DNA from: an uncultured Candidatus Thioglobus sp.
GTDB taxonomy: Bacteria > Pseudomonadota > Gammaproteobacteria > PS1 > Pseudothioglobaceae
Direction of reading: 5' to 3'
NCBI GenBank assembly: GCA_964653365.1
Contig: CAZZER010000004.1
Span: forward strand, 8,429-72,428
Length of the DNA stretch: 64,000 bases
Shown: positions 28,964 through 37,493 of the stretch, one piece after another
Numbering within the stretch: position 1 is the first letter of the stretch
How the letters are laid out: the number at the start of each line of letters is the position of its first letter
Made by a program: the position numbers and the translations under genes
Notes under the pieces: model-generated
Databases searched by the model: none
What the model was told of the DNA's origin: nothing
What the model saw: only the letters and a program-made list of their open reading frames with translations

Positions 28964-29923
28964 ATGAAAATTAAACAATTAACAAAAGTTGCATTACTTG
29001 CAGCGGCATCAATGATGGCGTTTCAAGCTTCTGCAGCATACCCTGATGGTAAGCCAATCGGTACTATGGTTGCTTATGGTCCGGGCGGTGCGACAGACTT
29101 CCAAGCACGTATTGCAACTTTAGCAGCGGGCAAAGAGGCGTTTATTGGCTCGCCAATTTACATCGTTAATAAGCCGGGTGCTGGTGGTCGTACTGGTTGG
29201 AACTGGTTCGCTAGTGAGGCGCCTAAAGATGGCTTTATGCTTGCTGCATACAATGTGCCGCATTTCATTGCCCAATCAATCGTATTTGACACTGCATACA
29301 ATATCGATACTTTGGAGCCATTAGGTAACTGGGGTGCAGATCCTGCGGTATTAATCGTGGGTAAAGATAGCCCTTTCAATACAGTTGAAGAGTTACTTGC
29401 ACACGCTGATGCAAATCCTGGTGCTGTAACAATCAGTGGTGCTGGTAAATTTGTTGGTCACCATATTGCATACTTGCAGTTTGCAAAAGCCTCCGGCAAA
29501 GACATGACATACATCCCAGCTAAGGGCGGTGTTGATGCTCTTAGAATGGTTAAAGCGGGTGAAGTATCAGCTGGATTTAACAACTTGTCTGACTCTGCAA
29601 GAAGTGCTGCTGATCTTAAGATCTTAGCTGTTGCAGACCTTACAAGACATGAATACCTTCCAGATGTTCGCACATTAATGGAAGCTGGTGTTGATGTAGA
29701 TGATTCAAGTGTTAACTTCCGTGGATTGATGGTTCCTGCTGGAACACCTCAAGACGTTATCGATTACCTAGCAAGCAAAGTGCCTGCTATGTTTAACGAT
29801 AAGAAGACACAGGGCAAGATGAAGTCGACTAACTCTCCTTCTCGTATCATGAGTAGAGATGAAGTCGTTTCCATGTGGTCAGAAAGACAAGCTTACTTGA
29901 CTGAGCTACTAGCTGGTCTTTAA
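28964..29923 (+). CDS. tctC: TTT periplasmic substrate-binding protein, TctC/Bug family
   Basis: 319 aa. Signal peptide MKIKQLTKVALLAAASMMAFQASA. Bug-family pattern VNKPGAGGRTGWN. Confidence 0.8.
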   Translation: MKIKQLTKVALLAAASMMAFQASAAYPDGKPIGTMVAYGPGGATDFQARIATLAAGKEAFIGSPIYIVNKPGAGGRTGWNWFASEAPKDGFMLAAYNVPHFIAQSIVFDTAYNIDTLEPLGNWGADPAVLIVGKDSPFNTVEELLAHADANPGAVTISGAGKFVGHHIAYLQFAKASGKDMTYIPAKGGVDALRMVKAGEVSAGFNNLSDSARSAADLKILAVADLTRHEYLPDVRTLMEAGVDVDDSSVNFRGLMVPAGTPQDVIDYLASKVPAMFNDKKTQGKMKSTNSPSRIMSRDEVVSMWSERQAYLTELLAGL

Positions 29924-29945
29924 TAGTTAATATTTAAGCTTTACC

Positions 29946-29974
29946 GACTAGGGCGTCGTTTAGGCGCCTTAGTC
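29946..29974 (+). promoter_or_regulatory. Intercistronic hairpin between tctC and the fusion gene (no T-run)
   Basis: gactagggcg-tcgtttagg-cgccttagtc forms a 10-bp stem with one G-U pair. Confidence 0.35.
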
Positions 29975-30007
29975 AACTCAATGTATATTTTCTTTTAGAT
30001 TACAATA

Positions 30008-32914
30008 ATGAAATCCAAAACCGATTCCTTGATTGATGAATTAATCAGTCGAGCCAGAATAGCTCAATCCATAATTAATGATTTTTCTCAGGAACAAATC
30101 GATGAAATGCTCCTAGCTGTTGCATGGGAGGTTATCAAACCTGAAAACAATCACCCTTTGTCCGAAATGGCTGTAGAGCACACAGGCTGTGGCAAGGTAG
30201 AAGACAAAATGCGAAAGAATCAGCGCAAAACAATGGGTTTGCTTCGCGATTTAAAAGATGTTAATACTGTTGGTATTATTAATGAAGATACTGATAATGG
30301 AATAATAGAGATAGCAAAACCGGTTGGCGTTATTGGTGCGATAGCACCCTCAACCAATCCAATTGCAACACCACTCAATAAAACCATTAATGCACTCAAA
30401 TGCCGCAACGCAATTATTCTTGCACCTTCACCAAAAGGTGCTGTAGTTTGTCAAAAAGTGGTCTCACTTATGCAAGATGCTTTACGTAGAGTTGGCGCGC
30501 CTGTTAATTTAGTGCAAGCGCTACCTATGCCAATAAGTAAAGAAAATACCAATGAATTAACCGAGAAAGTTGACTTGGTGGTTGCAACCGGCTCACAAAA
30601 CAATATTAAAAGGGCGTTGGCCACAGGAACACCAACCTTGGGCGTGGGTGTTGGCAATGTACCTTCTATCATTGATGATAGTGCAGACTTAGCTGATGCT
30701 GCAGCAAAAATAAAAGCATCAAAAACTTTTGATAATGCCACCAGCTGCTCATCAGAAAATAGCGTTGTTATTCTTGATTCGATATATCAAAAAACATTAG
30801 ATGCACTTTCTGCCGAGGGTGGTGTATTGCTTAACGAGAAAGAAAAAACATCTCTTTGTGAGCAAATGTGGGACGAAAATCACGTTATTAATCGCAATAT
30901 CATTGCCAAGAGATCGGCTGAAATTGCTCGATTAGTTGGTTTTGAGAAACAAAAATTTGAATCTTCAGAGTTTCTAATGGTCGAAGAAACAGGAATCGGC
31001 AAAGATTATCCTTTTTCTATGGAAAAGCTTTCACCCATATTAACAGTCTATCGTGCACAGGATTTTGACGATGCTGTTCGCCTGACTACCAAAATTCTTA
31101 AAAACCAAGGCCAAGGACACTCGTGCAGCATCCACAGTAAAACGGATGCTAATATTGACAGGCTTGGTCTTGAATTGCCTGTATGCCGTGTCATCGTTAA
31201 TCAGGCACACTGTTTTGCTACTGGTGGTAATTTCGATAATGCCTTGCCATTTTCACTGTCAATGGGTTGTGGCACCTGGGGGAATAATGTTTCAGGTGAA
31301 AACTTAAACTACAAACAATACCTCAACATAACCAAAATTGTAAGAACTATTAAGCCTAATGAGCCAACTGAAGAAGAGCTTTTTGGTGAGTACTGGGAAA
31401 AACACCTGCTACCAAATTCAAAGACAATTACAAACTTTGTAGATAAGTTTGCATTAAGCACACCAGAAAAAACTTATCTGATAGAAGCTGACACTGACAA
31501 CCATATTAGCTACAAACAACTCAAAGACGATATTCTAAAACTGGGATCTTACTTTAACCAAAACTCGATTAAACCTGGAGATAAAGTGGGTTTTTTATTG
31601 GACAACAGTTACCCAACAACGCTCTTATTTTTAGGGGCAATGTACCATGGAGTTATCGTTGTTCCAGTTAACATTGTTGCAGGCAAAACGCAGATTCAGT
31701 ACACAATAGAGCATTCTGGCTGTAAGAAATTGTTCGTCTCTGCCGACTATATAGAGAAGTTTAGCGATATTCTTACCGAGGTCAGTGCTGAAACAATAAA
31801 GTACGAAACTCTAAATGATCTTGGTAGCTTAGTAGCCTCAAATAAAGCTCCGGATTTAACTTCTGAAACACCTGGCGTATTAATATATACCTCGGGCACT
31901 ACTGGAGTCCCTAAAGGAGTGCTTCTTAATCATGGCAATGTTTTAGCAGGCGGGGAAAATACTGCTATCGCGCACCAAATTGATAGCGACGATATTTCTT
32001 TATGTGTACTACCACTTTATCATATTAATGCCGAAATGGTTTCTGTTTCATCCGCTTTGGTTAGCAACAGTTGTGTGGTAATGATGAGCAAGTTTAGTGT
32101 TTCCAATTTTTGGCAAACCATTGAACAGTATCGATGCACGTGGTTTAGTGTTGTGCCAACGATTATCAACTATCTAATTGGTGATGATTGTGATGTCTCT
32201 AAATTGGACTTGAGTTGCGTCCGCTTTGGCCGCTCTGCCTCTGCACCTCTTTCGCCGGAAGTTCATAAAAACTTTGAGAAAATTTTCAATGTTCATCTTG
32301 TTGAGACAATGGGGTTGACTGAAACTTCTGCGCAAATATTGTCCAATCCACTTGGTAATCGCAAGCACGGCTCTGCAGGCATTGCATACGGCAATGAAGT
32401 GCGAGTTGTTAATGATGCAGGTGAATACGTGAAACCGGGCGAGATTGGTGAGTTGGTCATCAAAGGCAACAACGTTATGCATGGTTACTATAATAATGAA
32501 GAGGCTACAAAATCAGCATTTAATGATGATGGATATTTACTCACTGGAGATCTTGGCCGTGAAGACGATGAGGGCTTCTTTTATATTACCGGCAGGACAA
32601 AAGAGTTGATTATTAAAGGTGGTGAAAATATTTCTCCACGGGAGATTGATGATGCGCTCTATCAGCACAATGCCATCCTTGAAGCATGTGCTTTTGGCGT
32701 GCCTGATGACAATTACGGAGAAGAGATTGCAGCCTTTGTATTGCTAAAAGACAATTGCCAAACCAATGAAGAAGAGCTTAAAGAGTTATGCATTTCATTG
32801 CTGGGTAATTTTAAAACACCTAGTCGAATAGTATTTGTTGACGAGCCACTTCCAAAAGGGCCGTCCGGCAAGATTCAGCGCTTAAAAATTGCCGAAAGTT
32901 ATTCACAAAACTAA
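30008..32914 (+). CDS. Bifunctional fusion: N-terminal CoA-acylating aldehyde dehydrogenase (SauS-like) and C-terminal AMP-forming acyl-CoA ligase (SauT-like)
   Basis: aa 1-~445 match EutE/PduP/AdhE-N-type motifs: KPVGVIGAIAPSTNPIATPLNK, GVGVGNVPSIIDDSADL, and the catalytic-Cys context KTFDNATSCSSENSV. aa ~470-968 match adenylate-forming ligase motifs: LIYTSGTTGVPKGVLLNH, TGDLGREDDEGFFYITGRTKELIIKGGENISPREID, PKGPSGKIQR. It is a single uninterrupted 968-codon ORF. Confidence 0.7.
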   Translation: MKSKTDSLIDELISRARIAQSIINDFSQEQIDEMLLAVAWEVIKPENNHPLSEMAVEHTGCGKVEDKMRKNQRKTMGLLRDLKDVNTVGIINEDTDNGIIEIAKPVGVIGAIAPSTNPIATPLNKTINALKCRNAIILAPSPKGAVVCQKVVSLMQDALRRVGAPVNLVQALPMPISKENTNELTEKVDLVVATGSQNNIKRALATGTPTLGVGVGNVPSIIDDSADLADAAAKIKASKTFDNATSCSSENSVVILDSIYQKTLDALSAEGGVLLNEKEKTSLCEQMWDENHVINRNIIAKRSAEIARLVGFEKQKFESSEFLMVEETGIGKDYPFSMEKLSPILTVYRAQDFDDAVRLTTKILKNQGQGHSCSIHSKTDANIDRLGLELPVCRVIVNQAHCFATGGNFDNALPFSLSMGCGTWGNNVSGENLNYKQYLNITKIVRTIKPNEPTEEELFGEYWEKHLLPNSKTITNFVDKFALSTPEKTYLIEADTDNHISYKQLKDDILKLGSYFNQNSIKPGDKVGFLLDNSYPTTLLFLGAMYHGVIVVPVNIVAGKTQIQYTIEHSGCKKLFVSADYIEKFSDILTEVSAETIKYETLNDLGSLVASNKAPDLTSETPGVLIYTSGTTGVPKGVLLNHGNVLAGGENTAIAHQIDSDDISLCVLPLYHINAEMVSVSSALVSNSCVVMMSKFSVSNFWQTIEQYRCTWFSVVPTIINYLIGDDCDVSKLDLSCVRFGRSASAPLSPEVHKNFEKIFNVHLVETMGLTETSAQILSNPLGNRKHGSAGIAYGNEVRVVNDAGEYVKPGEIGELVIKGNNVMHGYYNNEEATKSAFNDDGYLLTGDLGREDDEGFFYITGRTKELIIKGGENISPREIDDALYQHNAILEACAFGVPDDNYGEEIAAFVLLKDNCQTNEEELKELCISLLGNFKTPSRIVFVDEPLPKGPSGKIQRLKIAESYSQN

Positions 32915-32917
32915 ACA

Positions 32918-34720
32918 AACTAATTTATAACAGGAGAATCAAAAATGACAAGAATGACCTCAAGTGAGGCCTTTGTAGAAACAATGGTTGCCAATGGTGT
33001 TAAAGACATCTTTGGTATTATGGGCTCTGCCTTTATGGATGCTATGGACATCTTTGAACCGGCAGGCATTCGCCTTATCCCAGTGGTACACGAGCAGGGT
33101 GCTGGTCACATGGCAGACGGCTATGCTCGCGTTAGTGGCAAGCACGGTGTTGTGATTGGCCAAAATGGCCCGGGTATCTCTAATTGTGTAACTGCCATTG
33201 CAGCTGCTTATTGGGCACACTCTCCAGTGGTTATCATTACCCCTGAGGCTGGCACTATGGGCATGGGTCTTGGTGGCTTCCAAGAAGCTAACCAGCTACC
33301 AATGTTCCAAGAGTTTACTAAGTACCAAGGGCACGTTTGTAACCCAATGCGTATGGCTGAGTTTACTGGTCGTTGCTTTGACCGTGCCATGAGTGAAATG
33401 GCGCCAACACAGCTTAACATTCCAAGAGACTACTTCTACGCCGATGGTGAGTTCACTATCCCACAACCAAGAAGAATCGACCGTGGTACTGGTGGTGAAG
33501 AATCTCTTAACGATGCCGTTAACCTCATTGCGCAAGCGCAGTTCCCAGTAATTGTCTCTGGTGGTGGTGTAGTCATGGCCGATGGTGTTGACGAGTGTAA
33601 GGCACTTGCTGAGCGCTTAGGTGCGCCAGTAGTTAACTCTTATCTACATAATGACTCCTTCCCAGCTAGCCATGAACTATGGTGTGGTCCACTCGGTTAC
33701 CAAGGCTCTAAGGCTGGTATGAAGCTAATTGCTCAAGCCGATGTTGTAATCGCCTTAGGTACGCGTTTAGGACCTTTTGGCACATTGCCTCAACATGGTA
33801 TGGATTACTGGCCAAAAGACGCCAAAATCGTACAAATTGACGCCGACCATAAGATGCTTGGTTTGGTTAAATCAATTACTGTTGGTATTTGTGGTGATGC
33901 TAAAGCGGTTGCTGAAGCACTCACTGCCAAACTGGCAACAGCAGATCTTGCTTGTGATGCCAGCAAAGCTGAAAGAGCGGAAAAAATCGCTCAAGAGAAA
34001 GCCGACTGGGAAAAAGAATTGGATGAATGGATCCATGAAACTGACCCATACAGCCTAGACATGATTGAAGACCTTGAAGAGGGTTGGTTACACCCAAGAC
34101 AAGTTTTGCGTGAGCTTGAGAAGGCAATGCCTGAAGATGTGATGGTATCAACTGATATTGGCAACATCAACTCGGTGGCTAACAGCTACTTACGTTTTGA
34201 GAAGCCAAGAAGCTTCTTCGCACCAATGAGCTTTGGTAACTGTGGTTATGCGCTACCAACCATTATCGGTGCTAAAGCAGCAGCCCCTCACCGTCCAGCT
34301 GTCTCATACGCAGGTGATGGCGCTTGGGCCATGAGCATGGTAGAAACCATGACTTGTGTACGTCACGACATTCCTGTTACAGCTGTGGTCTTCCACAACT
34401 GCCATTGGGGTGCTGAGAAGAAGAACCAAGTAGACTTCTACGACAGACGCTTTGTTGCCGCTGAACTAACAGATCAACACTTTGTCAACATTGCTGAATC
34501 AATGGGTGCCGAAGGCATCCGTGTGGACAAACTTGAAGAGGTTGGTCCAGCGCTTAAAAAAGCCATTGACATGCAAATGAACGAAGGCAAAACAACCATC
34601 ATTGAAATCATGTGTACGCGTGAATTGGGTGACCCGTTCCGTAAAGATGCATTGAGCAAACCGGTGCGTTACTTGCCGAAGTACAAAGACTATGGTGTGA
34701 ATCAGCAGCATAGGTAGAAA
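32918..34720 (+). repeat. Copy 2 of the 1803-bp perfect direct repeat
   Basis: See copy 1. Offset is exactly 20100 nt. Confidence 0.9.
32945..34717 (+). CDS. xsc: Sulfoacetaldehyde acetyltransferase (ThDP-dependent), copy 2
   Basis: The 590-aa translation is identical to copy 1. It is followed by pta, the classical xsc-pta pairing. Confidence 0.8.
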   Translation: MTRMTSSEAFVETMVANGVKDIFGIMGSAFMDAMDIFEPAGIRLIPVVHEQGAGHMADGYARVSGKHGVVIGQNGPGISNCVTAIAAAYWAHSPVVIITPEAGTMGMGLGGFQEANQLPMFQEFTKYQGHVCNPMRMAEFTGRCFDRAMSEMAPTQLNIPRDYFYADGEFTIPQPRRIDRGTGGEESLNDAVNLIAQAQFPVIVSGGGVVMADGVDECKALAERLGAPVVNSYLHNDSFPASHELWCGPLGYQGSKAGMKLIAQADVVIALGTRLGPFGTLPQHGMDYWPKDAKIVQIDADHKMLGLVKSITVGICGDAKAVAEALTAKLATADLACDASKAERAEKIAQEKADWEKELDEWIHETDPYSLDMIEDLEEGWLHPRQVLRELEKAMPEDVMVSTDIGNINSVANSYLRFEKPRSFFAPMSFGNCGYALPTIIGAKAAAPHRPAVSYAGDGAWAMSMVETMTCVRHDIPVTAVVFHNCHWGAEKKNQVDFYDRRFVAAELTDQHFVNIAESMGAEGIRVDKLEEVGPALKKAIDMQMNEGKTTIIEIMCTRELGDPFRKDALSKPVRYLPKYKDYGVNQQHR

Positions 34721-34783
34721 AACATCCTGAGGTTATGTTTCTAGCCTCTTCTCCATATGGGTAGGTTGATGGCTACCAAACCA

Positions 34784-34811
34784 AAGCAGGGCTAATATAG
34801 CCCTGCTTTTT
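34784..34811 (+). terminator. Strong hairpin plus T-run between xsc copy 2 and pta
   Basis: aagcagggcta / tagccctgctt form an 11-bp stem around a 3-nt loop, followed by a T-run through 34811. It lies 36 nt upstream of the pta ATG. Confidence 0.65.
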
Positions 34812-34847
34812 AATGTAAACTGGCTAGTTCTTAATAAGGCTTATACA

Positions 34848-35843
34848 ATGACATCACTAGATAAACTGACGATTAATGCAAGGCAGAACTGTCCAAGAAT
34901 TTTATTACCCGAATCCACTGATGACAGGGTTTTAAAAGCAGCTTTATTGATAGATGAACAACGTCTTGCTCAAGTTGTCCTACTGGGTGATAAAAAACGA
35001 GTAAATCTCAAACTTTCGCAACTAGGCAGTACTGAAAACACTTCTATTGAATTTATTGACTCTGATGATGTATTGATGCAGCAAGATTATGCTCATACTT
35101 TGTATGAGTTGCGTAAGAGCAAAGGTTTGAGCCTTGAAGAGGCAACTGATTTTGTTAAACAAGGCGTCGTGTTTGCCATGCTTGCTCTGCAACGTGGCGA
35201 AGTCGATGGCATAGTGACTGGCGCCATCACACCAAGCCAACAGGTCTTGAGCAACGCATTGAAAATTGTTGGTGTTGCCCCAGGATCACGGTTGGTTTCC
35301 AGTTTCTTTTTGATGTTATTTGATGAAAATCATCAAAAGTACGGCAGTGAAATGTTGTTCTCCGATTGTGCAATGAATATCAACCCAAGCGCTGAAAACT
35401 TGGCCGAGATAGCAAAAAGCACCATCCGCTCTGCCAATGATCTTTTAGGAATAAAACCTAAAGTTGCCATGCTTTCCTTTTCAACAAATAAAAGTGCTGA
35501 ACATGAGCAGGTTGAGAAGGTGAGTCAAGCAACCAGTTTGTGTCATAAGGCAAACTTGAATGCTGATATTGTTGGCAACATTCAATTAGATGCTGCGCTT
35601 GATAACGAGGTGCTGAATCTTAAATTTCCAGAGACATCTTTTGTTGCGCCTGCCAATGTATTGATTTTCCCAACCTTAGACGCAGGAAATATCGGCTACA
35701 AGCTTGTTCAGAGATTTTCAGGTGCAGATGCTGTTGGGCCAATACTGCAAGGTTTAGAAAAACCAGTAAATGACTTATCAAGAGGTTGTAGTGTTGATGA
35801 GATCGTCAACACCGTTATTATTACTGCCAATCAATGCGCTTAG
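34848..35843 (+). CDS. pta: Phosphate acetyltransferase (short PTA_PTB form)
   Basis: 331 aa. N-terminus ...CPRILLPESTDDRVLKAA... and C-terminal ...FPTLDAGNIGYKLVQR... are typical of Pta. Lies downstream of xsc. Confidence 0.85.
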   Translation: MTSLDKLTINARQNCPRILLPESTDDRVLKAALLIDEQRLAQVVLLGDKKRVNLKLSQLGSTENTSIEFIDSDDVLMQQDYAHTLYELRKSKGLSLEEATDFVKQGVVFAMLALQRGEVDGIVTGAITPSQQVLSNALKIVGVAPGSRLVSSFFLMLFDENHQKYGSEMLFSDCAMNINPSAENLAEIAKSTIRSANDLLGIKPKVAMLSFSTNKSAEHEQVEKVSQATSLCHKANLNADIVGNIQLDAALDNEVLNLKFPETSFVAPANVLIFPTLDAGNIGYKLVQRFSGADAVGPILQGLEKPVNDLSRGCSVDEIVNTVIITANQCA

Positions 35844-35850
35844 CGCATAG

Positions 35851-37470
35851 TTACATACTGATATAGTTTGGCCCACCACCGCCTTCAGGTGGTGTCCAAG
35901 TTATGTTTTGTGCTGGATCTTTAATGTCGCATGTTTTGCAATGCAGGCAGTTTTGAGCGTTAATCTGAAAACAATCTTGGCCTTCTTTCTCAATAATCTC
36001 ATAAACACCAGCTGGGCAAAACCTTTGTGCAGGTTCTGCGTATTTCGCCAGATTCTCACCTAACGGAATGCTTAAATCGCTTAGCTTTAAATGTACAGGC
36101 TGATCTTCTTCATGATTAGTGCCTGATAAAAACAGCGAGGAGGTAATATCAAAAGTTAATTGATTGTCTGGGGCAGGGTATTCTTTAATTGTTGCCTTGT
36201 TGGCTAAATTTAGGCTCTCTGAGTCCTTTTGTTTGTCCTTAATTGAGAAGGGCAATTTGTTTTGAAAAACATTAGAGTCGATATAGTTGTAAGCCGAGCC
36301 AAGATAAAAACCAAATTTATGTAATGCAGAACTGAAATTTCTTGACTGGTAAAGCTCTTTATAAAGGTTGCTAGACTTAAATAAATCATCAAAGTCACAA
36401 ACTTCTTCATTTAGTACTTTATTGATGTATTCAGCTGCAAGGATGCCGGATTGCAAAGCGCAATGGCTACCCTTAATTTTGCCCGGATTCAATGTGCCAG
36501 CATCACACCCAATAATCATGCCACCTTCGAAATCCATTTTCACCAATGAATTTAGGCCGCCCTTGCTTATCGCTCTAGCGCCATAAGAAATTCGCTTACC
36601 ACCCTCTAAATATTTCTTAATAACAGGGTGGGTTTTATACTGCTGAAATTCTTTAAAGGGATTTTGATGTGGATTGCTATAGTTTAGGTCAACTATCAAA
36701 CCAACAGAAATACGGTTTTTATCCGCATGATATAGATAGCCACCACCCGAAGCGCCTTGAGTTAAAGGCCAGCCAATGGTGTGTAGCACATCACCCTCAG
36801 CGTGCTTGTCGTTTTCCACTTCCCAAATTTCTTTGAAGCCAATGGCAAAATGTTGTGGTGTTTTGCCCTCGTCAAGATTAAAGTCTTTTATCAATTGCTT
36901 ACCAATATGACCACGCGCACCCTCTGCGAAGATGGTTTGTTTGGCCATAATATTCATACCGGGTGCCCAGGTGCCTTTTTCATTACCCTCTTTGTCAATG
37001 CCCATGTCTGGTGTTACAATGCCGCAAACTCGTCCACTTTCATCAGTTAAGTAGTTTTCAGCAGGAAAGCCTGGAAAAATATCCACACCCAATTCCATTG
37101 CTTTTTCACCAAGCCATTGACACAACTCACCTAAGGAGATGATGTAATTACCATGATTATGAAGACCTTTCGGTGTAAGCCACGATGGCACCTTGATGCT
37201 TTTGGCATTATTTCTTAGAAAATAAACATCATCCCCTTTCACCTTATTATTTAATGAAGGGCAGCTTTGAGCATCTTCTGGGAAGAGATCAAATAAGGCT
37301 CCTGGCTCAAAGACGGCGCCAGAGATAATATGAGAGCCAATCTCAGAGCCTTTTTCAAGCAAACAGACCGAAAGGTTAGGATTAAGCTGCTTTAATTTGC
37401 AAGCCGAAGCAAGGCCTGAAGGCCCGCCACCAACAACAACAACATCGTATTCAATCGATTCTCTTTCCAT
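35851..37470 (-). CDS. Electron-transfer flavoprotein:ubiquinone oxidoreductase (ETF-QO)
   Basis: 539 aa. FAD fold YDVVVVGGGPSGLASA. C-terminal FeS region CPAGVYEI...CLHCKTCDIKDP...PEGGGGPNY. Confidence 0.9.
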   Translation of the reverse strand: MERESIEYDVVVVGGGPSGLASACKLKQLNPNLSVCLLEKGSEIGSHIISGAVFEPGALFDLFPEDAQSCPSLNNKVKGDDVYFLRNNAKSIKVPSWLTPKGLHNHGNYIISLGELCQWLGEKAMELGVDIFPGFPAENYLTDESGRVCGIVTPDMGIDKEGNEKGTWAPGMNIMAKQTIFAEGARGHIGKQLIKDFNLDEGKTPQHFAIGFKEIWEVENDKHAEGDVLHTIGWPLTQGASGGGYLYHADKNRISVGLIVDLNYSNPHQNPFKEFQQYKTHPVIKKYLEGGKRISYGARAISKGGLNSLVKMDFEGGMIIGCDAGTLNPGKIKGSHCALQSGILAAEYINKVLNEEVCDFDDLFKSSNLYKELYQSRNFSSALHKFGFYLGSAYNYIDSNVFQNKLPFSIKDKQKDSESLNLANKATIKEYPAPDNQLTFDITSSLFLSGTNHEEDQPVHLKLSDLSIPLGENLAKYAEPAQRFCPAGVYEIIEKEGQDCFQINAQNCLHCKTCDIKDPAQNITWTPPEGGGGPNYISM

Positions 37471-37493
37471 CTTGTTTGCCTCAAACGAATATA

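Noticed and set aside
12818-34720. Composite transposon or integrative element bounded by the two xsc copies
   Set aside because: The repeats are direct copies of a metabolic gene, not IS elements. I found no transposase, integrase, tRNA attachment site or terminal inverted repeats anywhere in the interval. Homologous recombination or gene conversion is the simpler reading. The round 20100-nt offset is noted, but I attach no meaning to it beyond flagging a possible assembly check.
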